Origin: Moniliella sp. 'wahieum'
Taxonomy: Eukaryota
NCBI GenBank assembly: GCA_003971905.1
Contig: RSEE01000031.1
Span: 248,001-312,000, forward strand
Length of the DNA stretch: 64,000 nucleotides
Direction: 5' to 3'
Shown one piece after another: positions 1 through 11,663 of this stretch. The notes beneath the pieces were generated by a model, which did not search any database, was not told the origin of the DNA, and worked only from the letters and a program-made list of their open reading frames with translations. The translations under genes were made by a program, and so were the position numbers. Every line of letters starts with the position of its first letter. The stretch's first letter is position 1.

Positions 1-1112
1 GTACATGGGCCTCATGGACGAACACGGGCCTTTGGTTCAAGCTTCTGGAACCGATGGGACAAAGCCGGACGCCGGGTGTTGTATGGATCTTCATGCTGGT
101 TTGGGTGACGACGCAGCGACCGTGGCGCCACCCGCCTCGGGGAAAAACAAGAAGAAGAAAAAGAAGAAAAAGCAGGCAAATAAGGCGGTCGACGCCTCGA
201 CGCCTGTCTCGTCTGCACCTTCCCTCCCCGTTCCCACCCCCCCCCCACACCTGCCCTGGCCACAATCCCTACTTCGGCACCTGCGCCTACGCCTGAACCA
301 GCCCCTCCAGATTCCGCCCTGCCTGCTGCTGCCCAGCATGCGCCCTCTGATCCCTCGGTTAGTGTACCTCATTCCACCACTGTGGACTCGGCCGCCACTA
401 GCACTGCCAACACGGCGCCTCCTTCGTCCCGCGCAGCAGGAAAGCAGCCGATGATTAGCAACGGCAAGGCCCCCGCCAGCGCCAAGACTTCAGGCGCGAG
501 ACATTCGGTTGTTCCTGCGGCCGGCAGTACTCCCGCTTCCCGGACATCGGGAGCAAAGGAATCGCCTGCGCCAACACCGCGCCAGTGACGCCGATCGTAC
601 AGCAAACACTGCTAACGTGAGTGCCAGTAATCGTCTTTGGGCCACCAACAACTTGGCCGAGAGACAAAAGATTAGCCAATTTTGGCTTGGCCTCAAGGAA
701 GATGAACGGCGGGACTTGGTCATGATTGAAAAAGACGCAGTCCTCAAGAAGATCAAGGAGCAACAAAAACATCTTTGCACCTGTGGCGTCTGCGGGAGGA
801 AACGATCTTCGATCGAGGAGGAGCTGGATTTGTTGTATCAGGCATACTACAATGAGCTTGAGGCGTACACCATCCAGCAACTCGAGCAAGGCGGCCAAGG
901 CATCTATGCGGTTGACTCAGGGCCCTTTCCCGGCTCGGTCCAGTTGGACGCCAATGGCGTGGTTGGGCCTGACCCACTACATCCCTCGCCTCAACAGAAC
1001 AAGAAACCCCGTCGACTGATGGAAGAATCTGAGGACGAAGACGAGTTCGACGAAGATGAATATGACGATGACGAGTTTGACGATGACGAGTTTGACGACG
1101 ACGAAGAAGAAG

Positions 1113-1143
<31 letters not shown>

Positions 1144-4023
1144 CCACCACCCCCATCGTCACCATCCTCTTCGCCATCGTCATCACTCACTCCAAACTCA
1201 ATTCCCACCAAGCAAGTACCAATCCCGCAGATGCGTTCGGCTCCGCAGTAACTGTAAAGGTATGTTTGGTTTTGCCCCTTGCCTTTTTGCTCCGGGCCCA
1301 GCACCCCGTCTCTCATCAATTCTTTTCCTGTATTCTGCCCCGCTTTCACCCTGGTGCCACCCATTCCATTTGCACCTTACTAACGTGGCTTCCTGCTCGT
1401 CCTATTTTCTTGACCTATTCTCTGCTGGGCCCACTTATTTCGTGCCTTGACTAATGGCTTGTGCATATCTGGTCGTCGTTTGCTTGGTTGCGTTGTGTCC
1501 GTTACAATCGGTGATTGCCACCTTGCCAACCAGGAGGTATCCTCACGGTCGCCGACGACCTGTTAAAGAACGACGGGCAAAAGTTCCTGGAGATGATGGA
1601 GCAATTGGCAAATCGTCGGGCACAACGGGAAGCGAGGTACAAGCCCAACTGGAAGCGCAATGGGGTCGGTTACGCAACCGCCCGCAGGACTATGACGAGA
1701 CCCAAGATGACGGGTATGACGTGAGAGGAGGAATATGTTCCGGAGGACGAGTTCATGGATGAGGACGACTTTGATGACGAGCAAGATGAGGAGGAGTCCA
1801 TCTCCGAGGAACAAAGGATGGAAGAAGGTCGTCGCATGTTCCAAATTTTTGCGGCTCGTATGTTTGAGCAGCGGGTCTTGCAAGCTTACCGCGAACATGT
1901 GGCCCAGGACCGCCAGCAACAGCTCCTCCGTGAACTCGAGGCGTCTGCGGCAGAAACAAGGGATAAGGCAGCCAAGCGGGAAAGGGAAAATCAGCGCAAA
2001 AAGGACAAGAAACGGTACGTACTGGATACCGTCTGGTCAAATGGAGACCTACTAACTTGCTTTTGAATAGTCTGATGCGTGAGAAACGCGAGCTGAACAG
2101 CTCAAACGGAGCAGGAAGAGAAAGCTAAGGCACAAGCCGAGGCAGAGGCTAAGGCCAAGCGTCGCGAAACCGAGTTGAAGAAACAGCAAGAGAACCGCGA
2201 GCGTCGTGAGGCAGAGCGGCGAGCCAGGGAAGAGGAGAAAGCGCGCAAGGAGGAAGAGCGGCGCAACGAGTGGAAGAGGAACGTGCACGGGAAGCTGAGC
2301 GCGAACGGGTACGCAAGGAAAAGGAAGAGGAGACACGCCGGCAGCGGGAAGCCGCCCGCGTAGCCAAGGAGAAAAAGCGTGCAGAGGAGGAGCGGCAACG
2401 GCAGCAAGCCCTAGAGGAAGAGCGGCAACGGCAGCAAGCTCTGGAGGAAGAGCGGCAACGGCAGCAAGCCCTAGAGGAAGCGCGCCAGGCCGAAGAGAAA
2501 AAAGCCGCGTCGGCTGAACAGCAAGCGCGCGAGGCCCAACGTCTAGCAGCTCAGGTAGCTAAGCCACCTCCAATTCCTAGTGCCATCCCTCCTAGCACTT
2601 TGAACGATCGTATCATTGCTTCACCCGCTCCGCTTCGGTCTACAACCCAGTCTCCCCCCCTGTCAACGCCTACTACGCCGGGACGGCCTGTGCCCCCCGG
2701 ACGCCCTGGATCCACTGGGTTCGGACTGCCTCCGCGCCCCACCACGATGATGGGGCCTCCGCCTGGGATGAACCTGCCTTCAGCACCAGGGGTTGGCGCA
2801 GCGAACGTGTCAGGCAGAACGACGACTCCACCTCTGGTTCCTAGGTCTCCCACGCGGTCTCGGACCATGGGCCCCGGAGTCTCTACACCTTCCGCACCCG
2901 GGTCACGCAGCACCTCCGTCTCCAACGGTACTGGCAACAGATCAGCTTCTGGAATGACGACACCCTCATTGGGTACAATGCCACGCGCCGCTTCTGTTAG
3001 CTCAACTGGATCCATCGTTCCGGGGACGGGGCCTGGGGCCATTCCGAGTGTCGGTGCAGTCGGTGCAGTCGGTGCAGTCGGTGCAGTCGGTATGCCTTCC
3101 TTTGGTTTCTCCTCGTTTGATCCCCGACCGCCCTCGGCGGGCCTGTTCAATCCCTCCGGCGCTGGTCGAGGCGCTTTGGGAGGTGGCTTAGACCTAAGGT
3201 CGCCGGTAGGCTTGGGTCCCGCTCCTTCGCAACCATTGAACGGGGCGTTGGAGCCTGCCTCGTCCAGGCCCCTGTCAATGGGAGCAGGTATGCCGCCCCC
3301 ATCCTTGGGATCGGACAATATGTTCCATGTCCCCAGTGCCGGTGCCAGTCCTGGCTCTGGTGCGCGCTTGAACCAGCGTCCTTCGGTGGCCCCTATTGGG
3401 GCTGGCAGTAATGGCGCCGTTGGCCCGATTGGCCCCCGGCGGCGCGTGTCGGATGAACCCTCGCACGTGTCAGCCGATGAGATTCACCGGCATTCGGACA
3501 GTCCTCCCCACATTCTTGGTTCCAGTGCTCTCTTGTCGGGTGCAGATGAAACGGTGGAGCCTATTGGTCGGCGCATTTCCCAGGTCCCCTCTGTTCACCC
3601 GTTCGGGATGCCCTCTGCACCTGGAGTTTCAGGTGGCACAGGGCTGGGTGCTTCGCTGTGGGGCCCCCCAGGCGCGTCTCCATCTTCGCTTGTGCCCCCC
3701 GGACGAGACGTCTTCTGAGTTCCTTGGGGGCACGCCTATCCCCTCTGCCCGACAAGGGGGACCCGCCCGCGCCTCCGGCTGCCTCTACGATGTTTTCACC
3801 CCCGGGACTGAGCTCGATGCCGCCGTTGGCGCCCTGGCTGAATCCGCCCTCGACCTGGGATAGCACCCGGGTAGCATTTGAGCAAGCGCCCGCCGGCCTT
3901 CCGCCTGGCCTGAAGGATTTGGGACCCAACTTGTTTGGCTTCCCTCCCTCGTCGTTTGGACCGTCCATGCCGGGGATCCATGATCCGTGGGCGCACGATG
4001 GTGGTGCAGACCGGGGAATCTAG
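1..4023 (+). CDS. NST1: Stress response protein Nst1; true start may lie outside the window; several frameshifts; introns 1260-1533 and 2015-2070
   Basis: NST1-family motifs: [90 protein letters not shown] (joined across the intron) and [25 protein letters not shown], followed by a coiled coil and a Pro/Gly/Ser-rich tail ending at TAG 4021-4023. Confidence 0.92.
1260..1533 (+). other. Spliceosomal intron in NST1 (274 nt)
   Basis: GTATGT donor at 1260, TACTAAC 1378-1384, GACTAAT 1449-1455, CAG ending 1533; splicing restores conserved TVK-GGILTV. Confidence 0.85.
2384..2480 (+). repeat. 30-bp coding tandem repeat x3 ([10 protein letters not shown]) in NST1
   Basis: gaggaagagcggcaacggcagcaagcc-like unit repeated about 3 times. 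Confidence 0.85.
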
Positions 4024-5086
4024 TCCCTCTGCGTATGCTGCGTGCGAGCGCGACACCTTCTCCTTTTTCTTTTCCTTCTCCTTCTTCTCCTCCTTCTTCT
4101 CCTTCTTCTCCGTCTCCTTTCCAACCCTTTGTCCTCGTCCCCCCTTCCCGTTTTTGGTTTTTCTACCCTGGTTTCGTTCGCGAACCCACCTTACCTCCTG
4201 CATGCTGGCCTCGGTCAAGCGTAGCCGGTTGTGAACTTGGCTTGTACTACGCGCATGCACCACAAAAAATGCATGCGACGCACAGTTCGAAGGACGACTG
4301 AGAGTTACTCACACGGGTCGTGTGGGTTGCGGCTCGCATCCTCATGGCTTGCCGTGAGCGCTTCACTCCACCAGCTTCAGCGCATAATCATGTGTCAAGG
4401 ATTGCGTTCATCGAGTGACTAGTGACTAGTGAGGAGTGAGGCCTGAGCGCCTGAGCAGAACCCCCCTCATAGAGCTCAGCGAGCGCTCAGTGAGCAGCGC
4501 CTCTCGGCCACTTGAAGAAAGGGGGCCAGCAATCATGAATTTGGGCCACCAGGCGCTTGACACTGCCCCCGTGCGGCGCAGGATGTAGATCCAACTTCGA
4601 AACATCCCACTAGACTCTACCTACGTATATAATATTGGCGTGCGAGTGGCTGCCCTAGTATCACAACCAGTAGAGAACCGGATGCCGTCTCCTCCTTCCT
4701 GTTCCATCCCATCCACCGGCTTGTTTCTCCTTCGAGTAAGTCACCACACCTGTCAACATCCCCGCCCCCGCCCCGCTCCCACCCCCACTTCTCCACATCG
4801 GATGGGCCAGCGTCACACACGACGTGGCCGGCGCCACCAACAACCAGGGTGATGGGCGGAGTGGGGCATGCGGCGCTGCAGTTCCAAATGCTAACCACAG
4901 GTCATGTTGGCCTTTCTTCACTTGTAAAGGAACGCACTGGTCTTGGCAGCTGTCATCCTGTCGTATTATCTCCTGTCCTGGCATTCAATAACCATACCTA
5001 CTGAGTTGTTGTGCTGACTGGCTTCAACTCTTGTGCCAAGAATCTCTCACTCTCGTCACAAGTCTTCATTTGTCTTACTTCGCGAG

Positions 5087-7186
5087 ATGCCCACGTCTGG
5101 CCCGTCCACTGATGGGACGACCCCCATGCCAAGGAGACCGAGCAAGGTTGGACGACCCCTACTTCCGTGCCTACTTTGGCGGTTTGTCGCGACCCAAGCC
5201 CTCTGACAACGCCAAGTCCACCGCTCTCAACATTCGAACCAAACCCAAGGCGTCCCATCGCAACCCCCCTGGGCCAGCGCTCGGCCACCCGGTCTCGCTC
5301 AGGGGTGTGTTCTTACGATCCGGCCACCACTAATGGCCCTGCCTCTGCGCCGGCAGGGCGGCGAAGGAGGTCATGTTACGTCTTCTTCGACGGCCATTCC
5401 TTCCCCTGCTCGAACGGAAGAGGCCAAGCCAATTCAAACCATTCGGGTTGTCTTTCCGAGTCTTACACGAACGAAGGGGGGAGGAAGAGAGTCTGCTGAA
5501 GCAGAAGCATGATAGGGCTCGACACGATCTACCAATACGTTGTCTGCTGAGAATCCCCTTTCCCCCATGGACACAGAGTACTTGGAGTGGCGTCAGCCTC
5601 ATTCCAAGAACGATTCGAGCGCACTTCTTCTTACCAGACCATCTTCCCGGCGGAGAACGCATTCAGAAAGCCCTTCGTTCCCTCTGGTCCTCCAAGTCAC
5701 AATCACTGAGTACGTGGCATCCATCCGCCCAAGCTCCTAAAGGCTGAAGCTGACTCTGTGCAGATCGTGGGTGTGGGAAAAGTCAAAACCATCAACGGTG
5801 TTCGAGCAAGGGCGGCTCTCTTTGGCGATTCACGCCCCACCCCACAAATCCTGGGCCAAGCGCCATCCCTGGTGGTTCGCTTTTATCCTTCTCACCTTGC
5901 TAGCAGTGGGAACCGGGCTGGGTGTAGGCCTGGGCGTGGGGTTATCGCACAAGGCAGCAATTCTTCTGGATCGAGCAAGTCTGGGAACGTTCGCCAGCCC
6001 CTGCTTGATTCGAGCGGAAACGATCCAAGCCGCATCACCCCTCTCCCACAATGGGACTGGAGCCAGCCTGATTCGAAGGCGTACGGTGTGTCGCTGGGAA
6101 ACTGGCTTGTCCATGAGCGGTGGCTCGACCCAGACTGGTGGGAGCAGTATGCCCCCAACGCTCCTGATGAATGGACGTTGCACGAGACGTTGGGGGACGC
6201 TGTGGTGGATGTCCTAGAGGAGTACATGAGCAACTTTCTCAACGAGACGGATGTCCATATCCTGCACAAAGCCGGGATCAATATGGTGCGCATTCCATGT
6301 GCCTATTGGTTCTGGGTGCCGACGGAGGGCAACGAGCCCTACCGCAACGGCACCCAGCTCGATCACTTGACCCAAATGCTCGGCTGGTTGTGGAAGCGAA
6401 ATATGCGGGCAGTGATTGATATGCACCAGCTCATGGGCTCCCAGTCGGGGGATCAAGCAAGTGGTCAATCCACATCCCACCCAACCTGGTGGAATTCGAC
6501 CAACCAACGCCGGTCGGACCAATTAATCCAGGCCCTGGTCAACTGGCTAAACCACCACCCTACCGTTCCGTCGTGGCTGCCATTACGCCTGTAAATGAGC
6601 CGAACGGTCCGCAAGGTGCTACTCCAAAACGATTGCATATAACAAAGGAATTTTACCGTCGTACCTATACCACTCTCTCCGAGGCCAACTACGCAATGTT
6701 TTTCCACCATGGCTTTGCTCCCAACCCAACGCAGTATTGGTTCAAGTTTGCTCTTGACAAGGACCCCCGCATGCTCGTTTTCAACGATAACCCGTACCCT
6801 GGCACCTACCCCGCCAAGACCCACCCAGATCACATCTATTCCTTGGTCTGCAACAACGTGCAAACGTATTCCACCTTCCCTGTGCCCACGGTCAAGACCG
6901 AGTGGAGCCTAGCGAGTGGCATCTCAGGCACCAACGCAACCTGGTCTCAGGCGTACTTCAATGCCCAGGCCTCGGCCTATGCCTGGTCCGGCGGAAGTTT
7001 CTTCTGGACGTACAAAGCGATGAACTCTCTTCGTCACCGGCCGACGGCCAGATGCAATGGAGTTTCCTCACCCAGCTCCAGTTGGGAAATGTCCCGACCT
7101 TCCCCAAACACGAAACTGTTCGACAGTTCTACAATGGCTTGCCCAACCAAGTCTGTGGCCCCGCCCCCGAGATCAGCTGGACTTGA
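5087..7186 (+). CDS. Membrane-anchored glycoside hydrolase family 5 (exo-beta-1,3-glucanase-like); frameshifted; start uncertain
   Basis: TM segment WWFAFILLTLLAVGTGLGVGLGVGL, then YGVSLGNWLVHERW, GINMVRIP, AVIDMH, acid/base ITPVNEP, nucleophile VKTEWS and GSFFWTYK, all typical of fungal GH5 glucanases. TATA-like tatataat at ~4627 and a possible 5'UTR intron 4736-4900. Confidence 0.85.
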
Positions 7187-7235
7187 CTGCTGAATCTCTA
7201 TTAAGTGTATACTAAGGTCTATACTACCCACTGGC

Positions 7236-8176
7236 TGTTACTTCCTATGGCCGGCCCTTTAGCGGAGGGCCTCCCAGCATCTCTTCTAATACCTACTGCT
7301 TATATGCTACCAGAGGGGGATGTTTCCAGAATGTTTTGCTTAATTCAGGCGTTTGTGCCAATATACTCTTTGAGTCCATTTTGAGAACATGCATCGGATC
7401 TGCACTGTGACCCGGCATCTGTAGCATCTACGCACATTGTGTCCCGCGCAAATATCCCACCCTATTACCCAAAAATATCCAAACCATCTTCGACCTGAGG
7501 ATGAGCGCTCATAGCTCATGCGTGTCGTACCCTCCCACTGGAACGATTGGCACCTCTATATAGCGCTCCCACAGCTCGGTTTTCCCTCTTCAGTCGATGC
7601 ATTCTTCCTATGGCCGCCACGAAGCATCTGCATATAGTTGGACAGTAGAGGATGCGCCGATATAGGCTGATGGTGATGGTGCGAAGGCGGCAGAGAACTA
7701 TAAGTTTTCAAGGCAAGACGGAGTGTTGCAAGAGACGGCGCCACAGTTATGGGATACTCTCGACATTATAGTACTTTGTCAGGGATGATGTTGATGAAGA
7801 TTACTGTGAATAGTGGCTAATGTGGGTGGCGTCCGCAGGCTGAAGAGACCTAGTTAGTAAAGAGAGAGACTCATCTTACTACCCATTGTACTCTTCGATG
7901 TGTGGTCTCGTGCCACAGAGGAGAATTGACACACTGATGAGTCTGACTCTCCCCGGCCGGTGCCGACCTAACCGTCGTAACCCAGCAGCTGTAGCGCGCG
8001 AGAGATATGCCCATTTCAGTGACGAGTGTGTATTTAGTGAGCGCTCAGTCTGAGCCATGTGTGTACGGAGCTCCAAGGCGGGTCTCCTTGGATCTCGTTT
8101 CTGCACCCAACCTCCGTACCGACAAGAGAGGTACAAACTAGTTGGCTTGGCCGAAGGGGGGCACTCTCTTCCGTCA
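7236..8176 (+). mobile_element. Dispersed repeat copy 1 (solo-LTR-like or non-autonomous element)
   Basis: Three blocks (~7295-7396, ~7788-7873, ~8013-8176) match the reverse complement of 31089-31450. Both copies begin TGTTAC and end CGTCA in this orientation; internal TATA-like ctatatatag at ~7556. No target-site duplication found. Confidence 0.6.
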
Positions 8177-8544
8177 AATCCATTAAATACGCTGGGTTCA
8201 CCACGTTCACCTGAGACCTGCGGAGGTTTGCATGATGCATGATGATCATGCGTCTGATGCGCACACGACACGAATAAAATGGCCGCGTCGGTTTCAGTCG
8301 TACGCTTGGGGATGCAGGATGCTTCTCCCCGCGCCACTGACGATGATGCTTGCGGTGCCAGTCTCGACGGAAGCGTTATGTCCGGGGAGGAGGGACGATA
8401 CTGGCGCGCTGCTCTCCCACCTCCTTTGCCGAGGGAGCCCAAAGCAGACGCAGCCCTCCAGCGCAGTCTATAAAAGGAGCCGCAGCAGCTTGCCCACCAC
8501 CGCCCTTCTCCCCACCACCACCACAGCCTACGAAAGCCCACACC

Positions 8545-9586
8545 ATGGACTTCGGCAACTGGCTCACCATCGCACTTATCGCCGCTGTCCTCAACGTCCT
8601 TGTCCACATCGCGTACCACCTGCTCTTCCCTGCGCACCTCCTCTGGCACTTCTTCGTTGCCGTGCCCCTGCGCTGGGTTTTTCGTTTGACTACTATAACA
8701 CCGAGTCCATCATCTGGGCTCTGGCCCGCATCTCCTGGTTCTTCGTGTTGGTCATTCACTATCGCCACTTGTGCTTGGAAGAAGGGTCGAGTACCGCGGC
8801 CATCTCCGCAATGGTCCGCCAGGCCTTCGGGTTGATTGCCAGCCTGGCTGGCCCACCCTTCCGAGCAGTCGCGACCATGGTCCGAGCGGTGGCGAACGAC
8901 TTTGTTTCGTCTCCTGCGCAGGAGCAGCCGATGTGGATGAAGATGAACATGCTGCGACCTGTCCCGCCGTCCATGGTCCACCTTCCTAACCAACTGACCC
9001 ACACCACGGAACCTCGCCCATCCCACCCTCTCCCCACTGGGCACCAAAACAAAGTGTATGCTCCCCCGCCAAGCCCTTGGGACTTGGCTCCCTCTCCGTT
9101 CCGGTCTTACTACCAGGTACGTTTCTTCCTCCGAAATGATCCGAAGAAGATGCAGGTGGATATGATACTAACAATTAGTCTGCTCCTATTCTTCAGGCAC
9201 TTCCCCGCACCACCTACCCCACTGCCGTGGCTACTCCTACCACTATGCCTCAGCCATCCGTCCAAAGCACTACTGTCCCGCATGCAAATCCCCCGCCCCC
9301 TCAGACGGCCCACAAGAACAGGGCCGCGCGCAACGTTCGGCATATTCGCCACATCCTCAAGAAGAAGGATATTGGGTGCACCGTTGTTTGGGCCATTTGC
9401 GGCGCAGCAAAAGCGCCCACAAAAATATGTCGCGCTTGGTCACAAGCCAGTGGAGCGCAAGCGCACCACCGGATTCCTTCCCCCCGCGCCAAGACGCCCA
9501 AGAGGGCCATCGCCTCCGCTTTGTCTGTGGCCTTGCCCGACGAGGATGAGGTGATGCTCGAAGCGTCTCGTACCTCAATGCGATGA
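8545..9586 (+). CDS. Hypothetical membrane protein (orphan); intron 9117-9196; frameshifted
   Basis: TATAAAAG at ~8468, CACCATGG start context, hydrophobic N-terminus MDFGNWLTIALIAAVLNVLVHIAYHLLF, canonical intron GTACGT...TACTAAC...CAG. No family recognised. Confidence 0.5.
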
Positions 9587-11663
9587 CTGCTTGATCGCAC
9601 ACTTTCCTCTGTCCCACCATATATCTCTTAGGGAATGGGAATGTTCCCTTGTTTGTTATTGGCGATTCCCATCCACTCACCGTATTACCCTCATACCGAC
9701 CCATGTATACCCACCGCTTCCCGCCCGTGTCTCTCGACTCCGACTTATTTTGGCGTTCCCTTCTCCAAATGAATGTGGCCTCCGGCACAGCTGGTACATA
9801 GAGTTCACGGTATAGATATACAGCGATCTTATATTCCACGAGGCGGCGGCTTCTTTTCTTCCAGCCATGCTGCTTCGCAGGCTTCACCTGCTTCGCTCTT
9901 GTTACATGTAAGCATCTACTTCCAAGTCGGGTTTCAACACTGGGAGGGGAAACCCGACTGTAAAAGAGCAGCTAGACAACTTTCTCCACGTCCTAGATAA
10001 GCCGCCTGAAGGGAGGCGTCATCCATGCTGTTGCTCCTCGTAGGCAATGATGTTCCTTTCCATCAATGCTATTTGTCCCGCCCCGACATCCGACGGCAAT
10101 CGTGATGGTTGTGCGTGAGGTGATAAGCGAGAGACTAGAACTGGTGGTAGGTATAGGGGAGGATGCCCTTGGAACTTGATCATGGTCATGGCAAAGAGCG
10201 TGTCCGCCGCCTTTCGCCCAGTACCGCATCATATCAACCCACCAGGGTCAGCTGCGTCATGGTGGAGCTATTCGGTAGTATTGCATCCGTGATGGCAATC
10301 ACCGTTCCTTCTTCCCCAAGAGATGATGAAGTTCACCTTCTTTGGAAGGGGGCGAGTGGAGTGACTCCTGACCATGGCACCCTTTGCGTCCACCCTATAT
10401 AGGTTGCCATGAAGCCCGAGGTAACATGAAAATATTGTGAGCAATGTAAGTCGTGCTGCAAGTTCATCACAGACGGAGCCCACCATCCTCGGCCCTACCG
10501 CTCATCTGCATTGCGCCACTGCTCCTCTTTGCACCATTCCACGTTGTGAGGGCAGCGCTTTGGCTGATGATGCGAACGTTTGGCATGCAATGGCCAAGCG
10601 GGCATTGCCGGTCTTGAAGACCCGCACGTGGTCGGATGTTGGCACGAGAGGTAGCATGGCCTGTGGGAGAGAGGGAGGCACTGCCCGCGAAAGAGCATTC
10701 ATGCGGCAGGAGAGCGCATGCCATCACGACATGGCAGATCTCGTCTCTTGCCTGGCCACGACGTGTGGGGGGTGTAGAATGATAGGAGATGAACGGGGAT
10801 TCACTATTCACCCACTCTTCGTTGCAGCAGCCGAGCCACCAACACTGGCCTTTGGACGCGACTCGGCTATAGGCCGCGCAGTCAGCAGGCTGGCACATGC
10901 AGATGCAGGGGCACGTGCAGGCTACAGATGTAGTAGGGTTGTGAAGTAGGGTTGTTGCGTGACGCATGGCATGGACTGGTATTGGCTGGCTTCCACCTGT
11001 ACTACAGAGCACGTTGGGGGTGCTAGGGTTGGTTGCGTACGTGCGCGCGTGACGCGTGACGCGTGACACGCATGGCACTGATGGCGATAGGGTGAGGGTC
11101 TGCGGTGGGCCTCAGCACCAAGTGCGGCAGGGTGGCGCGGGGGCAAGGGACAGTCGGTTGGCACTGCGACACGTGACGTGTGACGCACCGCGTGGTGGCG
11201 GCAGCGCGGCTGCTGTCGGATGGCGGGCAGAGGGGCGGTGTGGGGCGGCGGGCGCAGGGGGGCCCGGTGGAGCATGGACCGGTGGGGAGCGGTGAATCTG
11301 AATATTGAATATTGAACGTTCAGCTGGGCGTGTATGCTGCATGCGGGCGCCCGATGGCCGATCGATGGCCGATGGCCGATGCGGGGGCTGGATGCCGACG
11401 CAAGGTTCAATATTCAACCGCTCCGCGGGTAATCGATAGGCAGCCAGCCGAGCCAGTCAGCGAAGGGAGCGAATCCAGCGGCACGCAGACGCTGGCTGCT
11501 GCCTGGCCATGCCGATCGCCACGCGCCCAGCCACCGCACACTGCCACCCGCTGCCCATCCCTCCGCCTCCACCGCCTCTCACCCGCCTCCACCAGCACCC
11601 GCTCGCCCCCGCCCCCTCCCCTCCCCCTCCCCCGCCCCGGGCGCGTGCTGGGGCCTCTGCGCC

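Noticed and set aside
4055..4125. CTT/CT-rich tract giving poly-Phe/Leu/Ser ORFs
   Set aside because: Simple pyrimidine repeat in the NST1 3' region, not coding.
7783..7843. Possible C/D-box snoRNA (TGATGA...CTGA, with TCCGCAGG complementary to the 18S 3' end)
   Set aside because: Only ~55 nt between boxes, an 8-nt match, no terminal stem, and it lies within a dispersed repeat.
7934..7985. CTGATGAG as a hammerhead ribozyme core
   Set aside because: No stem II followed by GAAA and no matching cleavage-site helix could be built.
9600..11000. Short ORFs between the orphan gene and NEM1
   Set aside because: No recognisable motifs or consistent frame; treated as intergenic.
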